From: an uncultured Candidatus Peribacteria bacterium
GTDB taxonomy: Bacteria; Patescibacteriota; Gracilibacteria; UBA1369; 2-02-FULL-48-14
Direction: 5' to 3'
DNA length: 64,000 nucleotides
Assembly: GCA_964387375.1 (NCBI GenBank)
Contig: CAYLWB010000002.1
Location: 27,173-91,172 of the forward strand
The translations under genes and the position numbers were made by a program. Positions 9,664 through 19,469 of the stretch are shown here, one piece after another (position 1 is the stretch's first letter; every line of letters begins with the position of its first letter). The notes below the pieces were generated by a model that ran no database searches, was not told where the DNA came from, and saw nothing but the letters and a program-made list of their open reading frames with translations.

Positions 9664-11133
9664 ATGAAACGCCTATTCATCGCCCTTTCCCTCCTCACCC
9701 TGCTCTTTGGACCTGTTGTTCGTGCCGCAGAGGTGCGTCCAGGTCAAAAAGAAGAGGGAACGACGTATTCGGAGGCTGTGAATGCCGTTGTTCAGGACAT
9801 CAGCACGCTTTCACAGCTCAAATTAGAGCTTGCTCAAGCGCAATATCGCTATTTTCTGTTCCAGAGCAATGTGAAGGTGGCTGCGGAGGAATTGACCGAA
9901 GTGCAAGATACCGAAGAAGAACTGACCGCTAGTGTGGAAGATCTAGAGAAGAAAATCAAAGACTCTGGGAAACAAATCCTGAGTGTGAAATCTCAAAAGG
10001 AGGAAAACACCATGGACTTGGATGCGCTCGAAGAAGACTTGGCCGACTTGGAATTGCAGTTTGAAGATCAAAAGGCTCTCGTTGGCGATTTGATGCTGCT
10101 GCTCTACCTGAAGCGCGACAGCTATTTTAACGCAGATGAAAGCGATTGGGTGAGCCTCTTGGCCAGCTCAAAAACCGTTTCAGAAAATCTGCAAGAAGTG
10201 AGTTTTTTGGACCTCGTGGAGGACGAAAACCGCATTCAAATGGATAAAATGGAAACCCTTTCACTTGAACTGGAGGCCACTCAAGACAGTCTCTTTGCAA
10301 AACAAGATGAGTTGGACCTTTTGGACGTGCGTTTAGCTGAAGAAAAACTCACCTTAGAAGAGCAGTTGGTGGCTAAAAATATTCTCCTGGAGGAAACGAG
10401 CGACCAAGCGGATCTCTTGGAAACCATGTTGAATTCCAAAAACGAACGTGAAGAAGATTTAACTGGAGAAATCGACGCCTACCAAAAGAACATTGAAGAT
10501 CTAAAACTGGCTATCGAAGAAAAACGCGGCAGCCTTTCCGAAGAAGAAGCTGCAGTGGTCGCCAAGCTCGAAAAAGAATTGGCTGAACAAATGGATCTTT
10601 CTTCCATTGGAGATTTTGTGGATTTCATTTGGCCCGTTTCCCCTCGAGCGGGGCTCACGGCCTACTTTTACGACACTCACTACCAAGCTGCCTTTGGAGT
10701 GCCCCACCACGCCATCGATATTCGCGCCAAAGCCAAAACCCCCATCCATGCGGTGGCAGAAGGTATTGTAGAACGAGTGGTCTTTCGCCCCGATTCTGCT
10801 GAGTATGCCAGCATCACACTGGTGCATGCGAACTCCATCCATACGGTGTACGGACACGTTTCTGGAGTGAATGTGCAAGTGGGCGACTATGTTAAGCAAG
10901 ACGACATCATCGGCTGGACGGGTGGCCAACCAGGTAGCGTTGGAGCCGGCGGACGCACCACGGGACCCCACCTCCACTTTGAAATGTGGCTGGATGGTGC
11001 TCCAATCGACCCTCTCACACAACTCCCCCTCACTGAAGTGCCTGTGGATTCCTTGCCCAAGGGCTACGAGGAGCAAGTTCAAAAGGATTTAGAACAAGAA
11101 ATCAACAAAATCGAAGAAGCGCTAGGGGTTTAA
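9664..11133 (+). CDS. M23 family metallopeptidase with long N-terminal coiled coil (EnvC-like)
   Basis: Signal peptide, about 300 aa of Glu/Leu-rich coiled coil, then M23 motifs HHAIDI and GPHLHFEMW. Confidence 0.85.
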   Translation: MKRLFIALSLLTLLFGPVVRAAEVRPGQKEEGTTYSEAVNAVVQDISTLSQLKLELAQAQYRYFLFQSNVKVAAEELTEVQDTEEELTASVEDLEKKIKDSGKQILSVKSQKEENTMDLDALEEDLADLELQFEDQKALVGDLMLLLYLKRDSYFNADESDWVSLLASSKTVSENLQEVSFLDLVEDENRIQMDKMETLSLELEATQDSLFAKQDELDLLDVRLAEEKLTLEEQLVAKNILLEETSDQADLLETMLNSKNEREEDLTGEIDAYQKNIEDLKLAIEEKRGSLSEEEAAVVAKLEKELAEQMDLSSIGDFVDFIWPVSPRAGLTAYFYDTHYQAAFGVPHHAIDIRAKAKTPIHAVAEGIVERVVFRPDSAEYASITLVHANSIHTVYGHVSGVNVQVGDYVKQDDIIGWTGGQPGSVGAGGRTTGPHLHFEMWLDGAPIDPLTQLPLTEVPVDSLPKGYEEQVQKDLEQEINKIEEALGV

Positions 11134-11170
11134 TTTGCGAGCCCTCATAAAATGCGTAGGATGGATATGT

Positions 11171-11671
11171 ATGGGTCATCCAGCAAAAAAATTGGATTCT
11201 GGAAATCAAGGTTCTGGGCAAGAACCTCCGGAGCTTGGCAATCCTGGTGAACGTTTGTTTGCTGAATTGAGCCGCCTGGCTCGTGGGGGCGATTTGGCCA
11301 GGGTTAGCACCGTTGCATTTCATGCTCGTGTGGAGGCTGCATTACGTGACCTTTTAGCCAAATTTGGACTGCAACTTGAAAAAACAGATCCAAACAGCCC
11401 CAATGGGGTGCAAGCTGCTCAGGAAGTTTTTGTGCAAGCCGAAGCCTTGGGTGGTTTGGGCACGCAAAGCTTTTATTTTTATGGAACAGATGGCAAGGCT
11501 CCCTATGTGGTCACTGTGGATTTTGTTGCTGCCATGCATGTGAGGCACCCCAATGGCACTCTGGAACACGTTCAACCTGCAGTGATTCGCTGCAGTTGGA
11601 CAGATCTAAGGGCACTTGAAAAGAACCGCCAAAAGATGGCTGAGCCTCCAGCAACCCCCTCCCAAAAATAA
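11171..11671 (+). CDS. hypothetical protein (Ala/Arg/Gly-rich)
   Basis: The ORF opens at TTG 11135; the first ATG is at 11171. No recognised motif. Confidence 0.4.
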   Translation: MGHPAKKLDSGNQGSGQEPPELGNPGERLFAELSRLARGGDLARVSTVAFHARVEAALRDLLAKFGLQLEKTDPNSPNGVQAAQEVFVQAEALGGLGTQSFYFYGTDGKAPYVVTVDFVAAMHVRHPNGTLEHVQPAVIRCSWTDLRALEKNRQKMAEPPATPSQK

Positions 11672-11732
11672 GAAATTGACTTTACCCCACCCTTTAATTA
11701 GATTTGCAGGGCGCAGTTTTGCGCATGAGCGT

Positions 11733-11807
11733 TGGGGCGTCGCCAAGTGGTAAGGCACCGGGTTTTGGTCCCGGCATTCGTGGGTTCGAATCCTACCGCC
11801 CCAGCCA
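11733..11807 (+). tRNA. tRNA-Gln (anticodon TTG) with encoded CCA
   Basis: Acceptor TGGGGCG/CGCCCCA; 3-bp D stem GCC/GGC; anticodon stem CCGGG/CCCGG with loop TTTTGGT; T arm GTGGG-TTCGAAT-CCTAC; discriminator G followed by CCA. Confidence 0.9.
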
Positions 11808-11921
11808 ATACGTGCATGATTTGGACCTATGACCCGAGTACCTAGGGCGATGGATACTCGAATTTTCATAGTGGTCTCCATAAAAGTGCTTCTGTTAAAA
11901 GCAAAAGAATCTGCCAAGGGT

Positions 11922-13301
11922 TCAATTCCCGCTCCCTACAGGCGCAGGGGCATTAGGAGAAATCTGCACCTGTAGCGTGGTGACCAACTCAATATCTTCG
12001 TTTTTGAACCAAACTTTGCCTTCTTTCAGAAAAAGTTGGCCCTCCAAAGTTGCCAGAAAATCCCTTTTCTCTACTGGAGTTCCGCTCTTCAAGATGTAGT
12101 GAATGTATTCTTGTTCCGTGATTCTTTTCGCTCCTTCGCCCATCGTGATTTCGTGAAGTTCGTTCATTTTTTGAACTTCCCGAGTTATTTTCTTATGGAT
12201 CCTCAGTTCTTTGCTTTTGAATTGGTCGACTAGCTGAGCAATGCTTTGAATCAGCTCTTCTTCGCGGATGTACTTTTCGTCACATCGTTTCGTTCCACCG
12301 TATTTGGTACACTTGTAGTAGGTGTAGCTTTTGCCGTGCCTATTCACGTGAGTTTCTCCACACACTCCCGAGTTGCATGCCCCACACTTGAATAGTTTGC
12401 TGAAATAGAAGCTCTTGTTACCCCACTTGCTCCTTTCAAAGGTCTTGATTGCCTTCTGGGCCGCTTCCCACTGTTCTTTTGTGATGATCGGCTCATGCGT
12501 GCCCTCATACCAATTGCCGCTCCCCTCTGGGTACTCAAATTCACCGTAATAGAATCTTTCTTTGAAGATCCTATACGTCATGCTGAGGGTCACATTTTTA
12601 CCTTTCCTCGTCCTGAATCCCTCGTCTGTTAAATACTCATTGATTTGTCTCCCACTAAAGCCGTTGATCGTGAGGTATTCGAACATTTTTTTGATGAATG
12701 GAGCCCGTTCGGGATCTATAAGTATCTTGGTTTCCGCCGAAAGGTTCTCTGGATCGCGATATAGCTTGTAACCAATGGGCTGAATGCCTGGCCGTTTGCC
12801 TCGTTCACATTTGGCCCGTAAACCTCGCTTCACATTCTTGCCTCGATTGTCATTCTCAAGCTTTGCCTGACTGCACAAAATCATAAGCAGGAACTTCTCA
12901 TTGGGTGAATTTATGAAAGTTTGTCCGTGAGTACGGATGTTCACCAGTCGGCCTTCATCCATAAGATCAACAATATCTCCCAAATCTCCAGCATTTCTGC
13001 TCAGACGGTCTGGAGCCCACGTTAAAATGGCGTTGAACTTTCCATCACCGAGGCCTTTCAGCATTTCATTGAACTTTACTCTCACTCCTTTGGCTTTTGC
13101 ACTTTTGCTCTCCTGCATGATCTCTACAATGGTGAGCTTTTCGTGCTCAGCAATTTGGAGCATCTCATGAATCTGAGAATCGATGCTCATGGCCTGTTTT
13201 TCGTCCGATTCCGACGATTTCCGTGCGTAAAGGCAGTACTTAAGGGGTTCATCTAAATCTGTCATGGTAGGTGGGTTAAATCCTACCCACATAGATGACA
13301 C
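11922..13301 (-). CDS. large serine recombinase (integrase type)
   Basis: Resolvase catalytic domain (YARKSSESDEKQAMSIDSQ ... PDRLSRN), a recombinase domain, and a Zn-ribbon (CGACNSGVCGE...YYKCTKY...RC). Confidence 0.9.
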   Translation of the reverse strand: MSSMWVGFNPPTMTDLDEPLKYCLYARKSSESDEKQAMSIDSQIHEMLQIAEHEKLTIVEIMQESKSAKAKGVRVKFNEMLKGLGDGKFNAILTWAPDRLSRNAGDLGDIVDLMDEGRLVNIRTHGQTFINSPNEKFLLMILCSQAKLENDNRGKNVKRGLRAKCERGKRPGIQPIGYKLYRDPENLSAETKILIDPERAPFIKKMFEYLTINGFSGRQINEYLTDEGFRTRKGKNVTLSMTYRIFKERFYYGEFEYPEGSGNWYEGTHEPIITKEQWEAAQKAIKTFERSKWGNKSFYFSKLFKCGACNSGVCGETHVNRHGKSYTYYKCTKYGGTKRCDEKYIREEELIQSIAQLVDQFKSKELRIHKKITREVQKMNELHEITMGEGAKRITEQEYIHYILKSGTPVEKRDFLATLEGQLFLKEGKVWFKNEDIELVTTLQVQISPNAPAPVGSGN

Positions 13302-13327
13302 AATGGATCGTGATAGCTAGTAGATAA

Positions 13328-14677
13328 CTATATTTGGCTTTGAAAAACCTCACCCAAAAACACCTGCATTAGCGTTTCGGCATTGTTTGCGTTCTGTGCG
13401 ATTTTTTCCTCAAGTTGGGATACATACTCCATAAGCCTCCCAACTTTGGCAACGATCGCCCTTTGTTCGGCACGTGGGGGGAGAGGAAAAATCGTATTAG
13501 CTAGTTTTGATCCATTAAAGTTTGCTTGCCCACATTGTTGGACAATTTGAGGTTCGATTTGAGTTTCACGAAATATTCGAGTATTTAGATATAAATTTAC
13601 AAAATAGGGAGAAATTGATTCTTCAAAAAATCGGAGCCTGATAAGATATGAAGCGAAGGTATATTCATCATCTTCACCTTCGTAGACTCCTGTTTTTCCA
13701 ACAAGCTCCCAGCTATTTGTTCTATTGAACAACAGATCATCCTTTTTTAGTAAAAGTCTTGGCAAATCAGAACTTTCGAGTGATAAATTTTTTTTCGCAT
13801 TCAGGATAACTTTTCCATTAAAAATATTGCCCATTGCCAACACGGGAACACCTTTAGTATTTAAATCAGCTTTTTGCGAAGTACCATATTCTGACAGATA
13901 TTTTATCTCTCCCAAACGACACCAACCCCACCCCTCTGGCAACTCAAACGGAACCTCATCATCTGCAATTTTTGGCAAGGATTTTTCCTTTTTAATCTTC
14001 TTTTCCGCAATCAGCTTTTCTTTCTCGGCATTGATTTGTTCGAGTAGTCTGCTCGCAGGCTCGGTGATAGGATTTTCCGCTCGCCAGTCCTCTGTGAGTT
14101 TTCCTGAAATCGCATCTTGGAGGACTTGTTGGCGGAGAAGAGTCAGAATAGATTTCTGTGAAGAACATTCCTTCTCTAACCCTTCCTTCTTTTGTTTTAT
14201 TGAAATAAATTTTTTAGAAACTTCCTTTTGCTTGTCGACAGAAGGTAAATAAATCTCTTGATTGAAGAACTTTGTTTTTTGAAGCCGAATCCTTTGTGTT
14301 GTTCCATCACTTCCAAGTCTGCAAATTTCGTCAAACCATTTTGTGGAAGTAAGTTCCAAGAAAAAATGCTTATCAATCAGTCCCTCATTTAATCTAAAAT
14401 ACCAAAAGTCATTTGTGACAATTGCTCCATCCAACTCATCTCCGACGATTCCAAAAGCCCCGTTTCGAGCATCAATTCCAGATAAAATAAAATCTCCGAC
14501 CTTCACTTCATACATTTTTGATTTAATCTCATTCCCTTTTTTATGGCCTCGAAGCTTTACTCCTTTATGATGAAGTTGAATCGTGACAAGCTTATATTCT
14601 TTTTCATCTTCCAAGACAACAGGCCTCTTAATCCTTTTTAAAAAATCGCCAATTTTTACTTTTTGCCACTCACTCAT
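13328..14677 (-). CDS. hsdS: Type I restriction-modification specificity subunit
   Basis: Two target-recognition halves separated and followed by helical conserved spacers; 4-nt overlap with hsdM. Confidence 0.85.
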   Translation of the reverse strand: MSEWQKVKIGDFLKRIKRPVVLEDEKEYKLVTIQLHHKGVKLRGHKKGNEIKSKMYEVKVGDFILSGIDARNGAFGIVGDELDGAIVTNDFWYFRLNEGLIDKHFFLELTSTKWFDEICRLGSDGTTQRIRLQKTKFFNQEIYLPSVDKQKEVSKKFISIKQKKEGLEKECSSQKSILTLLRQQVLQDAISGKLTEDWRAENPITEPASRLLEQINAEKEKLIAEKKIKKEKSLPKIADDEVPFELPEGWGWCRLGEIKYLSEYGTSQKADLNTKGVPVLAMGNIFNGKVILNAKKNLSLESSDLPRLLLKKDDLLFNRTNSWELVGKTGVYEGEDDEYTFASYLIRLRFFEESISPYFVNLYLNTRIFRETQIEPQIVQQCGQANFNGSKLANTIFPLPPRAEQRAIVAKVGRLMEYVSQLEEKIAQNANNAETLMQVFLGEVFQSQI

Positions 14678-16104
14678 AACTCACCCTTTAAAGAGAAGAG
14701 TATCTTTTTGCTTTCTTCAAATGAAGCTTCTAGTTGAAAAATCAATTCTTCAGTTGATTGTTCAATTTCCACATCTTTCATATGTGGATTTTTAATATCA
14801 AGGCCCCAACCATTCTCTTGTATATCTTTAATCAAAACCTTCCACGAAACATCGCTTTCATTGCGCTCCTCCCACCACCGCTTAATCGGATCAAACTCTT
14901 TAAGCATGATCGGCTTTGTTTTTGAATATGACTTTTGACCCTCTGGTAGCCTGTGCTGGTAATAACAAACTTCAGAAGTGGGCTCACCTTTTGTGAAGAA
15001 AAGCAAGTTTGTTGCAACCGTTGCATACGGCGCAAAAACCGAATTAGGAAGCCGTATGATCGTATGAACATTACATTCTGTCAAAAGTCGCTCTCTAATT
15101 CTTTCCTTTACTCCATCTCCTGTTAGTGACCCATCAGGAAGAACAATCCCGGCTCTCCCTCCTGGTTTGAGCAGTTTAATGAACAGCAGTAAGAATAAAT
15201 CAGCTGTTTCTTTTGTTCTGAAAATTGCAGGAAAGTTAGTTAGGATGCCACCCTCAACAGTCCCGCCAAATGGAGGATTTGCCACAATGCAATCCACACG
15301 ATCTTTAGGGCCAATATCTTTCAAAGGTTGAGCTAAAGAATCACCTCTTTTGATATTTGTTGGGGCAGAAAGCCCATGGAGCATCATGTTCGTGATACAC
15401 AACATATGGGGCAACGGTTTTAATTCATTCCCTCTAACCGTTTGTTGTATCAATACTTCGTCTTCGGCTGTATGAACATCGTTCCTGCGAATATGTTCAA
15501 TGACGGATGTTAAAAACCCACCAGTACCACAGGCAGGGTCGTACACGCGCTCACCCAACCTTGGGTTCACCATTTCGACAATAAATTCAGTGATTGCCCT
15601 AGGGGTGTAAAACTCACCAGCATTTCCTGCACTTTGCAGGCTTCTAAGCAACTCTTCATATATCAAGCCAAATTGATCACGATCCGCCTTTCGGTTGAAA
15701 TCAATATCGTTAATCTTATTGATCACCTGACGTATCAGAGTTCCATTTTTCATGTAATTAAAGCTGTCTTCAAAAACAGACCTCACAATAAAGCCAGCTT
15801 CATTGTCACTTATTGTGTATTCCAAGTTCTTAAACTCAGGAAAGAGCTTGTTGTTAACGAAGCCCAATAATTCATCACCAGTAATTCCTTCGTCATCACT
15901 AGCCCATGTCCTCCAGCGAAGCTCTTCTGGAATTGGTGATTTATAATTGGCATCTAGCAGCTCTTTCTCTTCCTCTGTTTCATCAAAAATCTTCAAAAAT
16001 AACATCCATACCAACTGAGATAGTCTTTGAGCGTCACCATCCACCCCATGATCTTTACGCATGGTATTCTGAATAGATTTTATTATTCCAGATAGATTAG
16101 ACAT
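14674..16104 (-). CDS. hsdM: Type I R-M N6-adenine DNA methyltransferase subunit
   Basis: HsdM N-terminal domain, AdoMet motif DPACGTGGFL and catalytic NPPFGG. Confidence 0.9.
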   Translation of the reverse strand: MSNLSGIIKSIQNTMRKDHGVDGDAQRLSQLVWMLFLKIFDETEEEKELLDANYKSPIPEELRWRTWASDDEGITGDELLGFVNNKLFPEFKNLEYTISDNEAGFIVRSVFEDSFNYMKNGTLIRQVINKINDIDFNRKADRDQFGLIYEELLRSLQSAGNAGEFYTPRAITEFIVEMVNPRLGERVYDPACGTGGFLTSVIEHIRRNDVHTAEDEVLIQQTVRGNELKPLPHMLCITNMMLHGLSAPTNIKRGDSLAQPLKDIGPKDRVDCIVANPPFGGTVEGGILTNFPAIFRTKETADLFLLLFIKLLKPGGRAGIVLPDGSLTGDGVKERIRERLLTECNVHTIIRLPNSVFAPYATVATNLLFFTKGEPTSEVCYYQHRLPEGQKSYSKTKPIMLKEFDPIKRWWEERNESDVSWKVLIKDIQENGWGLDIKNPHMKDVEIEQSTEELIFQLEASFEESKKILFSLKGEL

Positions 16105-16109
16105 ACGTT

Positions 16110-18485
16110 TTAGACATTAATGTTGTAAATTTCCTCTTCAAGCTCTGAAACAGCTTTTAAATACTTTGCTCTCCCACCAAATTCGTTCACAAGCTCCACT
16201 GGTGATCCCAGGGCACTAAAAGGATCCACTCGCAGTATATTGATATTTTCAATGTGCTCTAATCCTTCATCTGCATATTTATCTAGAAGTGCATCCAACA
16301 CTTTACGAGCTTTTGCTGAATATTTTTTCAGGTAATTCTTCTTCCTGACGTGCTTTGCTCTTTCCGCTCTCGTCATGAGTTTTTTCTTGTCAAAGGCAAC
16401 ATGCATGATCATGTCGAATAGATCCAGCTCAATACCAATATCTTTCTGTAGCTCTTCAAGCATGATGCCCTGTGAAATCATCTCTTCAAAAATATAGTAC
16501 TTTCGTTTCTGCTTGCTCCAGTTCTGTAAAAAGTCATCTAATGATTCATATTTTTTCCTAATTTGCTTTCTTGTGTAGTCCTTAAGAGATTCCGTAATGA
16601 GTTTGCCATTTGCGTCTAAATACTGTGTGTGCTTATAAGCAACATCCACAGGAACTTCATCTACGTATATTTTTTCTCGATGACTTTCTTCGATTTCACC
16701 TGCCTCAATAATATCTGGACGCAATTCTGTCGGCGGTTCTTCTTCTATAACTAGCTCTGCACTGATATCGGCATCTTCAATCTCAACCTCAATCTCTTCT
16801 CCTTCTTTAATTTCTTTGACCTGAATTGGCTCCCCATCAAAGTCGGGATCGGCAAAAAGCTTGGTTACATTTCTGAAATCCAAAATCGTAAAGTGTGTTT
16901 TCCCAAATTCTTCATTGATACGTGTTCCCCGACCAATAATCTGTTTGAATTCTGTCATTGACCCAATGTTCGCATCTAAGACAACGAGCTTACAGGTCTG
17001 AGCATCAACTCCTGTCGTCATCAACTTGCTTGTTGTAACTATCGTTGGATATGGGTTCTCTGGATCAATGAAATTGTCCAGCTCCGCTTTTCCTTCCTTA
17101 TCATCTCCCGTTATTTTCATCACATATTTTCTATTTTCCTTTACAAGATCACTATTCAATTCGATTAGCGCCTCACGTATACGTTCTGCATGCTCAATGT
17201 CTACACAAAAAACTATCGTTTTTGCATAACGGTCCGTCTTTTTCAAATACTCGGTAATCTCCTTCGCTACTAACTTCGTACGCTTGGTGAGAACTATACT
17301 TCTATCGAAATCTTTTCCCGTATACTCTTTATCCTCAATTTCTCGCCCCTCTCTGTCCCTATCCATAATGCTTGGACGGTATCCACCAACATCTTTGTCT
17401 AATAAGACTTTAACAACCTTATATGGAGCCAAAAAACCATCCTCGATTCCCTGCTTAAGTGAGTAGGTATAAATAGGCTCCCCAAAGTATTCCTGATTCG
17501 ACACTTTCTGTGTCTCTTTTGGTGTCGCAGTAAGCCCAATGTGCACAGCATTTTCAAAATAATCTAATACTTCACGCCAAGCAGAGTCCGCCGAAGCGCT
17601 CCCTCTGTGACATTCGTCGATAACGATTAGGTCAAAGAAATCTGGGCTAAAAGCTTTATAAGCGTTTTTCTCTTCCTCGTTCCCAGTAAGCGACTGATAT
17701 AGTCCCATGTAAATTTCATGGGCTTTACTAATGTTGCCTCTTTGAATTTTGATCATTTTATCTCCAAAATGCTTAAAATCATTAACCATGGTTTGATCTA
17801 CCAGGATATTTCTATCTGCTAAAAACAAAATCCTTTTTGCCCGCCTTGATTTCCAAAGACGCCAAATAATTTGCCCCGCCACCAGGGTTTTACCTGTACC
17901 TGTGGCCATAACGGTAATGATTCGCTTTTGACCTTTCGCGACCGCCTCAACAGTGCGATTGATTGCTATCTCCTGATAGTATCTGGGCGTTTTATTGCTA
18001 CCATCAGAGTAATATGGTGTCTGAATTACTTTCTCAACAGCTTCATCAATTCCCTTTCCCTTTTTGTATCGCTCATACAGCTCTTCTGGGCTTGGCAATT
18101 CTTCCAGACTAAGTTGACGCTCCTTTCCTGTGAGGAAATCATGCTCTAGAAATCCATCTCCATTTGAACTATATGCAAATGGTACGTCTAAGATCTCTGC
18201 ATAATCTAGCGCTTGCTGAATGCCACTCGAAATTGAATGACTATTGTCCTTGGCTTCCAATACGGCAAGCGGCAGATTTCGCTTATAATAAAGGACGTAG
18301 TCAGCCTTTTTTGCATCACCACGCTTCACAATTCTACCTTGAACTTGAATTCTTCCATCTGTAAAAAAAACTTCCTCTCTTAGCTGAGTCATCTCATCCC
18401 ATCCAGCATTCCTGATCGCAGGCGTGATGTATTTCGTTCGTATGTCTTGTTCAGAAAGGGTTTTTTTGTCTATGCTCATTTGCAA
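16110..18485 (-). CDS. hsdR: Type I R-M restriction endonuclease/helicase subunit
   Basis: N-terminal nuclease region, SF2 motifs MATGTGKT and DECHRGS, and a C-terminal helical domain. Confidence 0.9.
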   Translation of the reverse strand: MQMSIDKKTLSEQDIRTKYITPAIRNAGWDEMTQLREEVFFTDGRIQVQGRIVKRGDAKKADYVLYYKRNLPLAVLEAKDNSHSISSGIQQALDYAEILDVPFAYSSNGDGFLEHDFLTGKERQLSLEELPSPEELYERYKKGKGIDEAVEKVIQTPYYSDGSNKTPRYYQEIAINRTVEAVAKGQKRIITVMATGTGKTLVAGQIIWRLWKSRRAKRILFLADRNILVDQTMVNDFKHFGDKMIKIQRGNISKAHEIYMGLYQSLTGNEEEKNAYKAFSPDFFDLIVIDECHRGSASADSAWREVLDYFENAVHIGLTATPKETQKVSNQEYFGEPIYTYSLKQGIEDGFLAPYKVVKVLLDKDVGGYRPSIMDRDREGREIEDKEYTGKDFDRSIVLTKRTKLVAKEITEYLKKTDRYAKTIVFCVDIEHAERIREALIELNSDLVKENRKYVMKITGDDKEGKAELDNFIDPENPYPTIVTTSKLMTTGVDAQTCKLVVLDANIGSMTEFKQIIGRGTRINEEFGKTHFTILDFRNVTKLFADPDFDGEPIQVKEIKEGEEIEVEIEDADISAELVIEEEPPTELRPDIIEAGEIEESHREKIYVDEVPVDVAYKHTQYLDANGKLITESLKDYTRKQIRKKYESLDDFLQNWSKQKRKYYIFEEMISQGIMLEELQKDIGIELDLFDMIMHVAFDKKKLMTRAERAKHVRKKNYLKKYSAKARKVLDALLDKYADEGLEHIENINILRVDPFSALGSPVELVNEFGGRAKYLKAVSELEEEIYNINV

Positions 18486-18608
18486 CTGTTATGCAGCACA
18501 GCTTATCAGAAAAGACTGCTTTTGGGAAAACTAACGCTCGAAAACTCCCTCAACACCAACTTTCGGTCTTTTCTATTCAAGAGCAGTCCATTTTGATATG
18601 ATCCCACC

Positions 18609-19469
18609 ATGTTTTTCGCAATGCCAGCTCAAACAATACGTATTTTCCTCCCTGAAGGCCATCCCCTGGGGTTAAGAATTGCAGATATTTCTGGGAAGCT
18701 CATTCAAGCTTTTGTTTTCTCAAGAAAGACTCTCAAGACGATGGCTAACCGTGCTGAACTCAGCAATACAGGCGTATATTTTCTATTTGGCCAAGAGCCA
18801 GATCAAGAGCTGCCAAGTGTCTACATTGGTGAAGCTGAAAACATTTATGCAAGGCTTATTCAGCACAACAAAGACGATACTAAAGATTTCTGGACGGAAA
18901 CTGTGTGCTTTGTGACGAAGGACAACTCACTCACAAAGGCTCATGTGAAATTTTTGGAGTACAATGCCTACAGAATCGCAAGAGATATTAAACGCTGCCA
19001 TGTGGCGAATAGCTCTATCCCTGCCTCCATAAAGCTTCCAGAAATGGATGAAGCAGATGCAGATAATTTCCTGATTGAGATGAAAATTATTCTCTCTTCG
19101 CTTGGGTGGAATATTCTTTTGCCTCCACAGCAAAGCGAACAATCTGAAGATGTGACGTACTCGTACTCAAAGGGTTCCGTTCATGCAAAAGGGAAATATC
19201 TTTCAGAGGGCTTTCTAATTTACAAAGGTTCTTGTGTTGAATCTAAAACACAAAAAAGTGCTGGCCCTTGGGTTCAAGCCCTAAGAGATGAGCTTCTTAA
19301 ATCTGGTGTTCTCAAAGAGGGCCCAAACCAGACCTACGAGCTGATGCAGGACTATCTATTTAAAAGTCCATCTGCAGCAGGAGCGATCGTACGGGGAGGA
19401 AATATTAACGGTTGGACTTTCTGGAAGGATAGTTCCGGAAAAACTTTAGACGAAAATGAACGTCAATGA
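18609..19469 (+). CDS. GIY-YIG nuclease-like protein with DUF4357-type C-terminal domain
   Basis: GVYFLFG ... VYIGEAENIYARLIQH matches the GIY-(x)n-YIG plus Arg pattern. The C-terminal segment SPSAAGAIVRGGNINGWTFWK resembles DUF4357. Confidence 0.65.
   Translation: MFFAMPAQTIRIFLPEGHPLGLRIADISGKLIQAFVFSRKTLKTMANRAELSNTGVYFLFGQEPDQELPSVYIGEAENIYARLIQHNKDDTKDFWTETVCFVTKDNSLTKAHVKFLEYNAYRIARDIKRCHVANSSIPASIKLPEMDEADADNFLIEMKIILSSLGWNILLPPQQSEQSEDVTYSYSKGSVHAKGKYLSEGFLIYKGSCVESKTQKSAGPWVQALRDELLKSGVLKEGPNQTYELMQDYLFKSPSAAGAIVRGGNINGWTFWKDSSGKTLDENERQ

Noticed and set aside
10501-11082. 193-aa antisense ORF within the M23 peptidase gene. Similar shadow ORFs occur at 19823..20509, 20175..20711, 50766..51494, 61858..62490 and 62662..63459
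   Set aside because: All lie opposite genes with clear domain motifs, show no motifs of their own, and have skewed composition typical of antisense frames.
11606-11917. 103-aa ORF on the minus strand
   Set aside because: It reads through the tRNA-Gln gene and the intergenic spacer, so it is not credible as coding.
11918-11940. T-arm-like string GGGTTCAATTCCC suggesting a second tRNA or tRNA fragment (att duplicate)
   Set aside because: Only 3 bp of the would-be T stem can pair (AAGGG versus CCCGC), and no acceptor or anticodon arms can be drawn. The string lies inside the last codons of the recombinase gene, so it is probably coincidental.
13328-14677. Phase-variable hsdS shufflon driven by the adjacent recombinase
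   Set aside because: Only one hsdS is present, and I saw no silent hsdS halves or inverted repeats within it. The recombinase is a large integrase type with a Zn ribbon rather than a small invertase.
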